A DNA stretch of 56,100 nt from Candidatus Komeilibacteria bacterium CG11_big_fil_rev_8_21_14_0_20_36_20 (GCA_002787405.1 PCWQ01000013.1:1-56100), one strand, 5' to 3'; numbered from the stretch's first letter, positions 43,759 to 53,710 are shown. Made by a program: numbers and translations. Notes: generated by a model not told the origin, from the letters alone.

Positions 43759-44132
43759 TATAAATTATAGTTAAATGAATTATAGTCCAGAATATTATAT
43801 AAGAAAATAAAAATAGATAAATTAATGAGTAGAATGGTGGTCAGTAAAAAATAACTCCAAATCCTCTGCTTGGTCCAGAGCCAAGTGGCTAAAATAAAAT
43901 TCAAGATTGAAACCACTAAAACAATACCTGGAATAAGATAGAGCCATTGCCACTGACCGATCATATCAATGCCGGCGTAAATATTATAATGCAAAACAGC
44001 CAGAGGGCTCTGGATAATCTTCTTAAATAAAAATAAGCTCCCGGTGGCTAAAATAAATAAAACGGAAAAATTCACTAACCAAAACGCTAATCTGTCCTTA
44101 TAGAAAATTTTGACAGTCTTGAATATTTGCAT
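43758..44132 (-). CDS. Hypothetical four-helix membrane protein heading the mraY operon
   Basis: 124 aa, hydrophobic. Its stop overlaps the mraY start by 1 nt. Confidence 0.5.
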   Translation of the reverse strand: MQIFKTVKIFYKDRLAFWLVNFSVLFILATGSLFLFKKIIQSPLAVLHYNIYAGIDMIGQWQWLYLIPGIVLVVSILNFILATWLWTKQRIWSYFLLTTILLINLSIFIFLYNILDYNSFNYNL

Positions 44133-44159
44133 ATTGACCTTATTTTAACATAAATAAAC

Positions 44160-44187
44160 AAAAAAATCTACTCTCTAATTAGAGTAG
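44160..44187 (-). terminator. Rho-independent terminator after the nifU-like gene (bidirectional shape)
   Basis: CTACTCT-CTAATT-AGAGTAG, a 7-bp stem with an A7 run on the plus-strand side (U-run on the minus strand). Confidence 0.6.
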
Positions 44188-44211
44188 TTTTTCCTTAATT
44201 CGTCAATAGTA

Positions 44212-44433
44212 TTAAACTGCCACCACTTCCTTGACTTCCGGCATTTGACCTTTAATTTCCTGCTCTATCAAACCTTTTAAAGTCATATCGGCCATAGGAC
44301 AATGGGCACAAGCGCCAGTCAAGGATACTTTAACGATCCCCTTCTTTTGGTCATAATCAACTAATTCAATACTGCCGCCGTCTCTTTCCAAAGCCGGTCG
44401 AATTTTATCTAAAATTTTTTCTATGTTTTTCAT
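44212..44433 (-). CDS. NifU C-terminal-domain (Nfu-type) Fe-S cluster scaffold/carrier
   Basis: 73 aa. IRPALERDGGSIELV and GACAHCPMADMTLKGLIE (CxxC). Confidence 0.85.
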   Translation of the reverse strand: MKNIEKILDKIRPALERDGGSIELVDYDQKKGIVKVSLTGACAHCPMADMTLKGLIEQEIKGQMPEVKEVVAV

Positions 44434-44440
44434 AATTAAT

Positions 44441-45169
44441 TTAATTATTTTTTTTACTTAACTCAGCAATCTTATTGCTGGCTGCTAATAAAGAATCAAA
44501 AGTGCCCGTGTCCAGCCAATAACCTTGATAAACACTGTGTTTTAAATTATCCTCTTTCAAATATAAATTATGAAGATCAACAATTTCTAGTTCTCCCCGA
44601 GCTGAAGGTTTTAAAGTTTTAGCTTTAGCAACAACGGTTTGATCATAAACATACAAGCCACTTATCGCAAAATTACTTTTAGGATTTTTAGGTTTTTCTT
44701 CTATGCTGATAATATTGCCTTGCTGATCAAATTCTGGAACTCCAGAAGCACGAGGATCTTCTATTTCTTTCAAAAAAATATGAGCTCCGTTTTTAAAATT
44801 CTGAATAACGTTTTTTAAAAAATTCTCATTACCCGTAAAAAGATTATCTCCTAAAATCATCGTTACATTATTATTACCTATAAAATTTTCGCCAATTAGA
44901 AAAGCTTGAGCTAAACCCTCCGGCTTATCCTGAACCTCATAAGTTATTTTAATATTGAAATCCTTGCCGCTACCCAGTAGTTTGACAAAATTACCAATAT
45001 TGACTGGATCAGAAATAAGCAAAATATCTTCAATACCAGAGTCAATTAAAGTCTGCAACGGATAAAAAACCATCGGCTTGTCGTAAATTGGCAAAAGCTG
45101 TTTGCTGGTTACACGGGTTAATGGATGTAATCTAGTACCACTACCGCCGGCTAAAATAATTCCTCTCAT
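44441..45169 (-). CDS. rfbA: Glucose-1-phosphate thymidylyltransferase-like sugar nucleotidyltransferase (short form)
   Basis: 242 aa. MRGIILAGGSGTRLHPLTRVTSKQLLPIYDKPMVFYPL. Confidence 0.8.
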   Translation of the reverse strand: MRGIILAGGSGTRLHPLTRVTSKQLLPIYDKPMVFYPLQTLIDSGIEDILLISDPVNIGNFVKLLGSGKDFNIKITYEVQDKPEGLAQAFLIGENFIGNNNVTMILGDNLFTGNENFLKNVIQNFKNGAHIFLKEIEDPRASGVPEFDQQGNIISIEEKPKNPKSNFAISGLYVYDQTVVAKAKTLKPSARGELEIVDLHNLYLKEDNLKHSVYQGYWLDTGTFDSLLAASNKIAELSKKNN

Positions 45170-45268
45170 ATATTTTAGTAATAAACTTAAAAATATAAAT
45201 AATAAAAAATTTTAAAAGTAGTATAACTATCTCAATTCTCTACTTTTTATCATTTTCCTACTTTAATT

Positions 45269-45296
45269 ATTATCTCAAATGAAGATAATTTGTCAA
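45269..45296 (-). promoter_or_regulatory. Promoter TTGACA-16-GATAAT upstream of rfbA
   Basis: Minus strand reads TTGACAaattatcttcatttgaGATAAT. It is followed by a leader of about 95 nt containing an 8-bp hairpin (45214-45247). Confidence 0.45.
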
Positions 45297-45325
45297 TGAG
45301 ACTAGATAAATAAAATTCTAATCAA

Positions 45326-46291
45326 TTATTTTAATTTACGCCACCAGTCCTGATGATTCTGATACCACTCAATTGTTAGATCTAATCCGGTGGAAAAATT
45401 CACTGTCGGCTGCCAACCCAATGCTTTTTTAATTTTGGAAAAATCAATGGCGTAGCGATAATCATGGCCCGGACGATCCGTAACATATTCAATCATCTCC
45501 TGGCCAAATTTAAATTTCTCTAAAAGCAGCCCGGCAATTTGTTTGTTAGTCATTTCTCCTTCTCCACCAAGGCAATAAGTCTCACCTAGCTTACCTCGAT
45601 GAATGATTAAATCAAGAGCCCGGCAATGATCTTCCACATACAGCCAATCACGAATATTTTGGCCGTCGCCATACAAAGGCATTTTCTTTTTCTCTAATAA
45701 ATTAGTAATAAACAAAGGTAATATTTTTTCTGGAAACTGATAAGGCCCATAATTGTTAGAACAATTACTAATGGTTATTGGTAGACCATAGGTATGATGA
45801 TAAGCCCTGACTAAATGATCGGCGCTAGCTTTGGAAGCGGCATAAGGACTACTGGGATTATAAACAGTCCCTTCACTAAAATACCCCTCTTTCCCTAAGC
45901 TACCAAAAACTTCATCCGTAGAAACCTGATGAAAACGAACTTTATTATTATCTAAAGCGGCTTTAAGTAAATTGGCTGTTCCCAAAATATTAGTTTGCAA
46001 AAAAATATCTGGCCCACTAATAGAGCGATCCACATGCGACTCGGCTGCGAAATGAACAATTAAATCTATTTGGTATTTTTTGATGAGTTCTGAAACTAAT
46101 TTATAATCATTAATATCACCTTTGATAAAGACATAGTTAGGATTATTTTCAATACTTTTCAAATTGTCCAAATTTCCAGCATAAGTCAATAAATCCAAAT
46201 TAATTAATTTATAATTCGGGTATTTATCTAAGATGTAATGGATAAAATTGGAGCCAATAAAACCAGCTCCGCCAGTTACTAAAATATTCAT
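45326..46291 (-). CDS. rfbB: dTDP-glucose 4,6-dehydratase
   Basis: 321 aa. VTGGAGFIGSNF, STDEVFG and YAASKASADHLVRAY. Confidence 0.9.
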   Translation of the reverse strand: MNILVTGGAGFIGSNFIHYILDKYPNYKLINLDLLTYAGNLDNLKSIENNPNYVFIKGDINDYKLVSELIKKYQIDLIVHFAAESHVDRSISGPDIFLQTNILGTANLLKAALDNNKVRFHQVSTDEVFGSLGKEGYFSEGTVYNPSSPYAASKASADHLVRAYHHTYGLPITISNCSNNYGPYQFPEKILPLFITNLLEKKKMPLYGDGQNIRDWLYVEDHCRALDLIIHRGKLGETYCLGGEGEMTNKQIAGLLLEKFKFGQEMIEYVTDRPGHDYRYAIDFSKIKKALGWQPTVNFSTGLDLTIEWYQNHQDWWRKLK

Positions 46292-46293
46292 CT

Positions 46294-46355
46294 CGTTAGA
46301 AATTAATCATAATTTTACTAATCCCAAAAGAAATCAAATGTTTCAATTTCTAACG
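46294..46355 (-). promoter_or_regulatory. Perfect 11-bp inverted repeat/hairpin ending 2 nt before the rfbB ATG
   Basis: CGTTAGAAATT (46294-46304) pairs with AATTTCTAACG (46345-46355), with a 40-nt loop. It lies between the HIT stop (46368) and the rfbB start (46291). Confidence 0.45.
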
Positions 46356-46367
46356 GGACTCATTGAT

Positions 46368-46775
46368 TTATTTTATTTTGCCTTGTAATTTTTCAAAAGT
46401 CTGATCTAATAAATCTGCTTCATAGTCACTCCTCTGCCAAAGATGAAGATTATCATTACCATAGCGAGGAATAATATGCCAGTGAACATGATCAATAATC
46501 TGCCCAGCGACCGGACCATTATTCATACCAAGATTATACCCCTCGGCTCCTAGAGCTTGTACTAGTGGCCGAGCAATCTGATGAACCTTACCGGCTAGTT
46601 CTTTAGCTTCTTGATTGCTCAACTGAGAAAAATTATCCGCATGCTTTTTAGGAATCACCAAAGTATGCCCCTTGGTCACTGGATTAATATCCAAAAAAGC
46701 AAGATGATTATCGTCTTCGTAGACAACCTGAGCGGCTATTTTTTCATGGGCAATTTTACAAAAAAGACAATCCAT
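46368..46775 (-). CDS. HIT-family nucleotide hydrolase/transferase
   Basis: 135 aa. Histidine triad HVHWHIIP. Confidence 0.9.
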   Translation of the reverse strand: MDCLFCKIAHEKIAAQVVYEDDNHLAFLDINPVTKGHTLVIPKKHADNFSQLSNQEAKELAGKVHQIARPLVQALGAEGYNLGMNNGPVAGQIIDHVHWHIIPRYGNDNLHLWQRSDYEADLLDQTFEKLQGKIK

Positions 46776-46793
46776 AGTTTTATATGTTAAATT

Positions 46794-48392
46794 CTACTTA
46801 ACTTGAAATAATCTAAAATTATTTTCAATCATCACCGGCTCCACTAATTTCAAACCCACTACTCCTACTTTATTCTCCTCTACAACTAATTCCTCATCTG
46901 ATTGACTAGTATAGAAAAAAATTGGAGTATCATCTATTATTTTAACGATTTCCGGCCAAATAGGCAAATTCGGCTGCCAGACGACAACTTTATAATAAGG
47001 AAAAAATATCTTATCGCCCCGTTCACTGATAATTACCGCATTTTGAGGGGCAATTTGACTGACTTGCTCAAACTGCCGATAATAACTCTCCATCGTTTCT
47101 TTGGTTTTTAACAAGCCATCATGGGCAGTATAAAAAGCTGTTTTAAAACCAAAAATAGCTAAGGCCGCCACAATTAGATATCCTCCTTTCCATCGACCAG
47201 CTGCTTTAATTAATAAGGCCACCAAAGGTAAAATAAAAAGATATAATGGCATAAAATACCGTACATAAGAAATGCTGATAGTATTATAATTTTTAACTAA
47301 AGGATCAACTAAATCCCAACTACCATAAAAAAACAGAATAATTACAAAGACTAAGGAAGTAACAAAAAAATAATAACGCCAAACTTTTGATATTTTATCT
47401 TTCAAAATTAAATATAAAATACCACCTAAGGCAAAAATAATATGGAAAAAAATCAGGCTAACAAAATGTTTGCAAAGATTATACCAAATTAAACGCGGAT
47501 GAAAGCCAAAAGGAATAAAAATAGTTTTCAACCAGGAACTAGAACCGCTAAATTCAGTCGGCAAATCACCTGATTGTAAATTTAAATAACCAAAAGACAA
47601 ATATCCACCATAAACAATTTTGTTAAGAGATAAAAACAAAAATAAAATAAGCATAAATACCAAAAATCCGGCGATTGTTTTCTGATATTCTATTTTCTTG
47701 CGGTTAACATAAAAAACAAAAACCGCTATCAGTAAAAGCCAAATCATTTCAGTCGGACGAACTACTATAGCTAAAGATAAAAACAAACTACCCAACAAAC
47801 AAAACCACCAGCTCTTACCCCTATCCGCCGTAGTTAATCTCTTAGTAATCAATAACCAACCCAGACTGGCTAAAAAAATAAACAAAACTGTCGGTAGCAT
47901 AACCACATTAGCAAAATAAAGCCAGGGTGCCAAAGGCAACATTAATAAACCAACTAAAAAAGCTAAATCCAAATCCTGAAAAATATAATAAACCAAACGA
48001 TAGATAATATAGACCGTTAAAGCGGCCAACAGCGGCGTTAAAAACAGAAGACCAATACTACCCAACAATTTAAAAAATAAGGCAAAAATTACAATCACTG
48101 GTAGGAAGGTGATGGGCACCAAGTGGCCATCCACCACATTAACACTACGCGCATGCAATAAATTATTAGTTAGTTGATTTAATGGTTCAAAAGCAAAAAA
48201 AGTATGCTGCTGAGCCAGCAACTGGGTAAAAAAATAATTAGCATTAGCGTCAGGCCAGTTGAAAATCAAATGATGAAACTCAGACCAGTGCGGCCAAAAA
48301 ATACTTAAAGTAATAAAACTATAGACACCGAAAAAAATTAAACACAAAATACCTAAAATAATATTAAATTTTTTCTCTTTACTTAAGCTCAT
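46794..48392 (-). CDS. Large polytopic membrane protein, GT-C-like (ArnT/PMT-type glycosyltransferase candidate)
   Basis: 532 aa. About 12 helices followed by a soluble C-terminal domain of about 110 aa. Acidic first loop (WPDANANYFF). Embedded in a glycosyltransferase operon. Confidence 0.4.
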   Translation of the reverse strand: MSLSKEKKFNIILGILCLIFFGVYSFITLSIFWPHWSEFHHLIFNWPDANANYFFTQLLAQQHTFFAFEPLNQLTNNLLHARSVNVVDGHLVPITFLPVIVIFALFFKLLGSIGLLFLTPLLAALTVYIIYRLVYYIFQDLDLAFLVGLLMLPLAPWLYFANVVMLPTVLFIFLASLGWLLITKRLTTADRGKSWWFCLLGSLFLSLAIVVRPTEMIWLLLIAVFVFYVNRKKIEYQKTIAGFLVFMLILFLFLSLNKIVYGGYLSFGYLNLQSGDLPTEFSGSSSWLKTIFIPFGFHPRLIWYNLCKHFVSLIFFHIIFALGGILYLILKDKISKVWRYYFFVTSLVFVIILFFYGSWDLVDPLVKNYNTISISYVRYFMPLYLFILPLVALLIKAAGRWKGGYLIVAALAIFGFKTAFYTAHDGLLKTKETMESYYRQFEQVSQIAPQNAVIISERGDKIFFPYYKVVVWQPNLPIWPEIVKIIDDTPIFFYTSQSDEELVVEENKVGVVGLKLVEPVMIENNFRLFQVK

Positions 48393-49596
48393 TAATATTG
48401 GTTAGTATTTTATTAACATATTTATCAATAGTATACTTTTGAACACTATGGCGACAATTATCAGTCATTAAGGCAATTTTCTCTCGCTGTTGATATAAAC
48501 TCATAATTTTTTTGTTCAAGCTGTCAAAATCACCAGCTGGAAAAATCCAACCATTTCTTCCCTCTTCAATTAATTCAGCCACACCTCCAATGTCGGCGGC
48601 CATCACTGGTAGACCAATGCTCAAAGATTCATAAATAACCGTCGGTGAATTTTCATAACAAAGCGAAGGCACGACCACCACGTCTATCTTTTTCAATAAG
48701 GGAGATAAATCCTGATGATAAAGCCAGCCGTAAAAGATGATTCTTTTATCCCCTTTAGCCAATTGCTTGGCCTTCCTTAAATCCTGACCGACTCCAACTA
48801 TGTGCAGACGAAGATGAGGTGATTTAATACGACGAAAACTTTTAATGAGTTCTAAAGCACCCTTAGCTCGGTTAATTTGACCTAAAAATAAAAGCTCTAA
48901 ATTAAAGCTACTAATTTTTTCTATCTTTAAAACTCTTTTAATCGGATTGGGCAAAACTATCTTTTTTGATTTGGTAAAAAAATTGCTTCGCTGATAATAA
49001 TCCCTTAAAAATTTTGAAGGTGAGACAACTATCTCCGGCGAACCAATCAAACGACGCATAATCCTAATATAACCCAAATATTTAAAAAGTTTATGAATCC
49101 AGGATTTTTCCTTATCCTTAATGATCAGGCCGGAAGGAGTAACTAACTGTACGTCATGTAAAGTGTGGATGTGTTTTATTTTTAATTTTCTTAATAAAGC
49201 TGGTATTAAAAAACCAAGCCCCATCAAATTATGAGTAATTACTACATCCGGTTGTTCTTTTAATAAAATCTTTTTAACTGTCCAGTAAGAAAAAATATTA
49301 AAGATATCAAAGAAATGCCAAAGTAAACGAATAAAACCAGGGTATTTAAAATCATTCAAATAATAATACAAATTAAACGGAGTAAAGCGATAAATTGGCA
49401 CTTCATTAACTTCATCCTGGAAAATTACTTTATGTTTTATTTTCATTAGAGCCGTTCCGGGTAAACTGGGTTTGGTAGTCACCACAAAAACATGCTGCCA
49501 TTCTTTTTTTAGGCCTTCTGCTTCAATAGCGGCAATCATCTCCGCTCCTCCTCTGACAAAAGGTGGATATAAATTTGTAATAATTCCAATTTTCAT
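48379..49596 (-). CDS. Family-4 glycosyltransferase
   Basis: 405 aa. ENSPTVIYESLSIGLPVMAADIGGVAELIEEGRNG. Confidence 0.8.
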   Translation of the reverse strand: MKIGIITNLYPPFVRGGAEMIAAIEAEGLKKEWQHVFVVTTKPSLPGTALMKIKHKVIFQDEVNEVPIYRFTPFNLYYYLNDFKYPGFIRLLWHFFDIFNIFSYWTVKKILLKEQPDVVITHNLMGLGFLIPALLRKLKIKHIHTLHDVQLVTPSGLIIKDKEKSWIHKLFKYLGYIRIMRRLIGSPEIVVSPSKFLRDYYQRSNFFTKSKKIVLPNPIKRVLKIEKISSFNLELLFLGQINRAKGALELIKSFRRIKSPHLRLHIVGVGQDLRKAKQLAKGDKRIIFYGWLYHQDLSPLLKKIDVVVVPSLCYENSPTVIYESLSIGLPVMAADIGGVAELIEEGRNGWIFPAGDFDSLNKKIMSLYQQREKIALMTDNCRHSVQKYTIDKYVNKILTNINELK

Positions 49597-49600
49597 TCTT

Positions 49601-50737
49601 TTATTTCATGCTATTGATCACTCCATCTAACCTATACCCAATCTTATCCCAAGTATATTCCTTCAACACTTTTTCTCGTCCAATTTTTCCCATTTGCTGA
49701 CACTCGGTAGGGTTATCTAATAAATATTTGAGCGTGTTAGCCAGTTTATCCACATCACCCGGCTTAACTAAAACTCCTGCTTCTCTTTTGCCAATAACTG
49801 AACGCACACCAGCTAAATCCGAACTGACCACCGGCACACCTGAGGCCATGGCCTCTAGAGACACTACGCCAAAGGCCTCTGATTTATCAATTGACGGCAA
49901 GACAAATATATCGGCTAGGTTATAAAATTTGGGCAAAAGATTATCAGCCACAAACCCCAAAAAAATAATTTTCCTATTTAACCCAAGGTTACTAACCATA
50001 CCTTGATAGGTCTCTCTCAATTCTCCGTCACCGACAATTAAAACCCTAAAGTCATCACTGCCACTTAATTTATTGACGGCCTGAATTAAAACGTTAATCC
50101 CCTTAAAATAATGGGCCTTATCTAAAGCACCGACAAATAAAATTATTTTCTTATTATATAGATCATACTGTCCAATTATGGATTTATCTTTATATCTTGG
50201 TTTGAAAAGAAGATGATTGACTCCACAAGGGATATCAATAAATTTATCTGGCTCCGCTAGCAATCTTTCCTTTAAATTTGACTTCCTAGCGTAATCATAA
50301 GAAGTCACTATTATTTTATCAGCCCGATCCAATATCCTCGGCAAAACATTATGAGTATGCCAGTTGAAAAATTTAGCCATAAAACCAACCCCGACTACAT
50401 CCATATGGTAAGTAACCAACAACTTAAGGTCTTTTATTTTATCTAAAAAATAAATAATCTCTGCTCCACCAAAAAATGGATAATGCAAATGAATGACATC
50501 ATAAGACCAAAGTTTCCAGAGCAATTGCGGTAAAATTCCGGCATTGCCATATTTGAACCACGGATGTAAACGCTGAATTTGAAAAGGATATTCTTCTCTT
50601 TCAACCCTTTTATATCTCGGAGTAAAAACGGTCACCTCATGACCCAAAGTAGCCAATGACCAAGTATTATAATAAGAGACGTTGCCGATGCCGCCTTTAT
50701 AAGGAGGAAATGTTGGGGTTACCTCTGCAATTTTCAT
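49601..50737 (-). CDS. Family-4 glycosyltransferase
   Basis: 378 aa. SEAFGVVSLEAMASGVPVVSSDLAGVRSVI. Confidence 0.8.
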   Translation of the reverse strand: MKIAEVTPTFPPYKGGIGNVSYYNTWSLATLGHEVTVFTPRYKRVEREEYPFQIQRLHPWFKYGNAGILPQLLWKLWSYDVIHLHYPFFGGAEIIYFLDKIKDLKLLVTYHMDVVGVGFMAKFFNWHTHNVLPRILDRADKIIVTSYDYARKSNLKERLLAEPDKFIDIPCGVNHLLFKPRYKDKSIIGQYDLYNKKIILFVGALDKAHYFKGINVLIQAVNKLSGSDDFRVLIVGDGELRETYQGMVSNLGLNRKIIFLGFVADNLLPKFYNLADIFVLPSIDKSEAFGVVSLEAMASGVPVVSSDLAGVRSVIGKREAGVLVKPGDVDKLANTLKYLLDNPTECQQMGKIGREKVLKEYTWDKIGYRLDGVINSMK

Positions 50738-50756
50738 ATAAACAATTTATCCTATC

Positions 50757-51812
50757 TTACCAGAAAATAAAATTTTTAATTATCAACCAGTATAACCCAA
50801 AAATTATATTGGCTAATTTTAACATCAGAGAATCTAGGGGCTGAAATAAGATCGAACCCTGAAAATTAAGCACCACTTGGCGGTCTGTTCTTTTTCTCTT
50901 AGTTTGGATATAACGGCGTCTAGCCAGCAAAAAATGCCACTGCCGCGGGGAAAGGACCCAAAAACAAGCTCTTAATTTTTGTTTAAAGCGACCATCAAAT
51001 AAAGCATATAATAACTGCCCTACTTCCATCAATAGCCAAGCCGGCAGAATCAGACAAAGCGTGGCCACTTTATAATTTTTTAACATTACCCACCAACGAT
51101 TTCTTTCAAACCAATAACTCTGCTTCATGCTCCGATTAAATTCATATTTATGATAAATCACGCTATCCGGAATTAAAAAATTATCATAACCCAATAATTG
51201 CAAAGACCACCCCAAATCTAAATCTTCTAGATACATAAACATTGTTTGATCAAACAACTCATCCTTATTTAATTCTTCCAAAACCTTAACTGATAAAAAA
51301 ACACCTGCTCCTGAAGCATAGTTTATTTTTTTAATTTTATTTTCCCAATCCTCTCTGCCTAAACCAGTACTGTAACCGAAACCTAAATAATGGATAGCAT
51401 TACCCAGAGAATTTATTTTATGCTGGTCTGACCAAAATTTTATTTTAGACTGCAGACTGCCAAATTTATTATGCTTGGCAAAATCATAGAGGGGTTGTAA
51501 AAAACCACTCGTAATAACTGTATCCTGATTTAGTAAATAGATAAAATCCGCTCCTTGACGCCGGGCATACTGATAACCAACGTTGTTACCACCCGCAAAA
51601 CCAAGGTTCTCTGCATTTTGAATAATGGTCACGGCTGGATAATTTTCTTTTAAATAATTAACCGAATCATCTGTGGAATGATTATCAATCACTACAATTT
51701 CCAGTTCAAAATCAGAATATTTTTCCTGACTTAAAAACGGCATCAAATCAGGCCAGTATGATAAACCGTTAAAATTTAAAATTATAATAATGACTTTATC
51801 TTTTTTCGACAT
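50757..51812 (-). CDS. Family-2 glycosyltransferase with C-terminal membrane segment
   Basis: 351 aa. VIIIILNFNG, IDNHSTDDS, LGFAGGNN and LEDLDLGW. Confidence 0.8.
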   Translation of the reverse strand: MSKKDKVIIIILNFNGLSYWPDLMPFLSQEKYSDFELEIVVIDNHSTDDSVNYLKENYPAVTIIQNAENLGFAGGNNVGYQYARRQGADFIYLLNQDTVITSGFLQPLYDFAKHNKFGSLQSKIKFWSDQHKINSLGNAIHYLGFGYSTGLGREDWENKIKKINYASGAGVFLSVKVLEELNKDELFDQTMFMYLEDLDLGWSLQLLGYDNFLIPDSVIYHKYEFNRSMKQSYWFERNRWWVMLKNYKVATLCLILPAWLLMEVGQLLYALFDGRFKQKLRACFWVLSPRQWHFLLARRRYIQTKRKRTDRQVVLNFQGSILFQPLDSLMLKLANIIFGLYWLIIKNFIFW

Positions 51813-52125
51813 GTTTAATGGCGTCCTCCCTCACTAACTTAGTAATCTCGGCGTCAATTTTATTGAGGCGGACAGAAACCTTAAACAAAATATAGAAAAT
51901 AACCACAATAGAAATATAAACAATCAAATCAGCTCCGCGACCAACCCCTAATAAATTAGCCAGATAAGAAGTGGTTTCTGGCTGCCAAAAAACCACCAAA
52001 ATAGCCAGCCATAACAGACACCAAACGATAAAACCTCCTAAAGAAATTTTATTATTCTGCTTTTGCTTGAATAATTTAAAGAGAATAATAACGACAAATA
52101 AAGTAATGATAATTTGTAAAAACAT
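51796..52125 (-). CDS. Small membrane protein resembling DUF2304 (GT2-associated)
   Basis: 109 aa, 3-4 helices. The pattern KISLGGFIVW ... PETTSYLANLLGVGRGADLIVYISIVV ... ITKLVRE matches my recollection of DUF2304. Overlaps both flanking GT2 genes. Confidence 0.5.
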   Translation of the reverse strand: MFLQIIITLFVVIILFKLFKQKQNNKISLGGFIVWCLLWLAILVVFWQPETTSYLANLLGVGRGADLIVYISIVVIFYILFKVSVRLNKIDAEITKLVREDAIKHVEKR

Positions 52126-52787
52126 TATTTTACTATTTTGCTTAACAATAAATCTTTAAGAATTCGCCAACCATCCCCAAATCCCTGACCAAAATGATGA
52201 TAAATAACCGTCACTGGCACTTCTTTAACTTTCAAGCCCTGACCGAACGCTTTAGCAATTATTTCACTGCAGTGAGCTTTGCCATCCTGCTCAATAGAAA
52301 TTTGCTGAGCAGCTTTTCTAGATAAAACCCGAAAACCGTTTTGTGGATCAGTCAGCTCAATATGCAAAACAATCTTATTCACCAGTCTAGCTATAGGTAA
52401 AATTACTGATTTTTTAAGCCAGGGCATCTTAGAATGTTTGCCTAAAAAACGGGAACCAAAGACCACATCGTAATGACCGCTAACAATCGGGGCAATCATT
52501 TCTTCAATCTCTGTCGCGACAAACTGGCCATCAGCGTCAAAATGAACAATGATGTCCGCCCCTTGCTCTAAAGCATACTGATTGCCGGTTTGCAAAGCTG
52601 CTCCTTGATCGCGATTAATTTTATGCCTTAAAAGAGTCACTGGGAATGGCCGCACCACTGCCACTGTCTGATCAGTAGAGGCATCATCAACCACTACCAC
52701 CTGATAAGGTAAAAAAGACAAATCCTTTAACACTTGCCATATTCTTTTTTCCTCATTATAAGCTGGAATTATTACGTAAATATTCAT
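52125..52787 (-). CDS. Small family-2 glycosyltransferase, polyprenyl-phosphate sugar synthase-like (GtrB/DPM1/ArnC-type)
   Basis: 220 aa. YVIIPAYNEE, VDDASTDQT and FDADGQ. Confidence 0.7.
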   Translation of the reverse strand: MNIYVIIPAYNEEKRIWQVLKDLSFLPYQVVVVDDASTDQTVAVVRPFPVTLLRHKINRDQGAALQTGNQYALEQGADIIVHFDADGQFVATEIEEMIAPIVSGHYDVVFGSRFLGKHSKMPWLKKSVILPIARLVNKIVLHIELTDPQNGFRVLSRKAAQQISIEQDGKAHCSEIIAKAFGQGLKVKEVPVTVIYHHFGQGFGDGWRILKDLLLSKIVK

Positions 52788-52798
52788 CCTGTTGCCAG

Positions 52799-53710
52799 TT
52801 ATTGATTTTGCTCAAACCATTGCTTAGTTAATTCTAATCCTTTTTTTAAATCATAGTTAGCTTGCCAGGATAATTTATTTCGGGCTTGACTAGAATCTAA
52901 ACAGCTGTCACGAATTTCACCTTTAATCGCCGGTCGACTAATTATTTTGGGAGATGCTTTAAAAATATTCTTAAGAAGATCAATCAAATCTAACAAAGCA
53001 ACTTTTTTACCTGTACCAATATTATAAATTACATTTTTAGCATCTAAAGATTTAACTAGGGCCTCGACTACATCAGCTACATAAAGATAGTCCCTGGTTT
53101 GAAGACCGTCTCCATTAATTAAAATAGATTTCCCCTTGATGAGATTATCTATAAAAATAGAAATAACTCCCGCTTCTCCATAAGGATCTTGACGGGGACC
53201 ATAAACATTAGCCAAACGCAAAATAACATAAGGGATTTTTTGATCAGATAAAATAGTTAAATATTTCTCAAAAAATAATTTAGTCAGCCCATAAGGAGAA
53301 ATAGGATGAGCTAGAGAGTCCTCTGATGTTGGTATTATATCTGCTTCCCCATAAACACCAGCGGTAGAAACAAAAATAAACTTTTTTAACTTATTCCCCA
53401 AAGAATATTCCAGTAAATTCAATGAGCCCAAGATATTTGTCTGGGCATCAAGTGATGGTTGTTCTACAGAAACTCGGACATTTTTTTGAGCTGCTAAATG
53501 ATAAATCACTTCCGGCTGAAATTTGGATAAAACCTTATGGATTTGAGTTTGACTAATATCCAATTTCACAAACTCCACTTCCGGATTGATATTCTTTTTT
53601 TGACCGGCACTCAAATCATCAATTATCAAAACCCGGTGGCCTAAGGCCACTAAAGCGTCTACTAAATGGGAGCCAATAAATCCAGCCCCGCCGGTAACAA
53701 CAATTTTCAT
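52799..53710 (-). CDS. NAD-dependent sugar-nucleotide epimerase/dehydratase (GalE-like SDR)
   Basis: 303 aa. VTGGAGFIGSHL and SPYGLTKLF (YxxxK). Confidence 0.8.
   Translation of the reverse strand: MKIVVTGGAGFIGSHLVDALVALGHRVLIIDDLSAGQKKNINPEVEFVKLDISQTQIHKVLSKFQPEVIYHLAAQKNVRVSVEQPSLDAQTNILGSLNLLEYSLGNKLKKFIFVSTAGVYGEADIIPTSEDSLAHPISPYGLTKLFFEKYLTILSDQKIPYVILRLANVYGPRQDPYGEAGVISIFIDNLIKGKSILINGDGLQTRDYLYVADVVEALVKSLDAKNVIYNIGTGKKVALLDLIDLLKNIFKASPKIISRPAIKGEIRDSCLDSSQARNKLSWQANYDLKKGLELTKQWFEQNQ

Noticed and set aside
45207-45221. Similarity of TTAAAAGTAG in the rfbA leader to the 14-mer in the r-protein spacers
   Set aside because: It is a 9/10 match of low-complexity A/T sequence on an unrelated operon. 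Chance is the simplest explanation.
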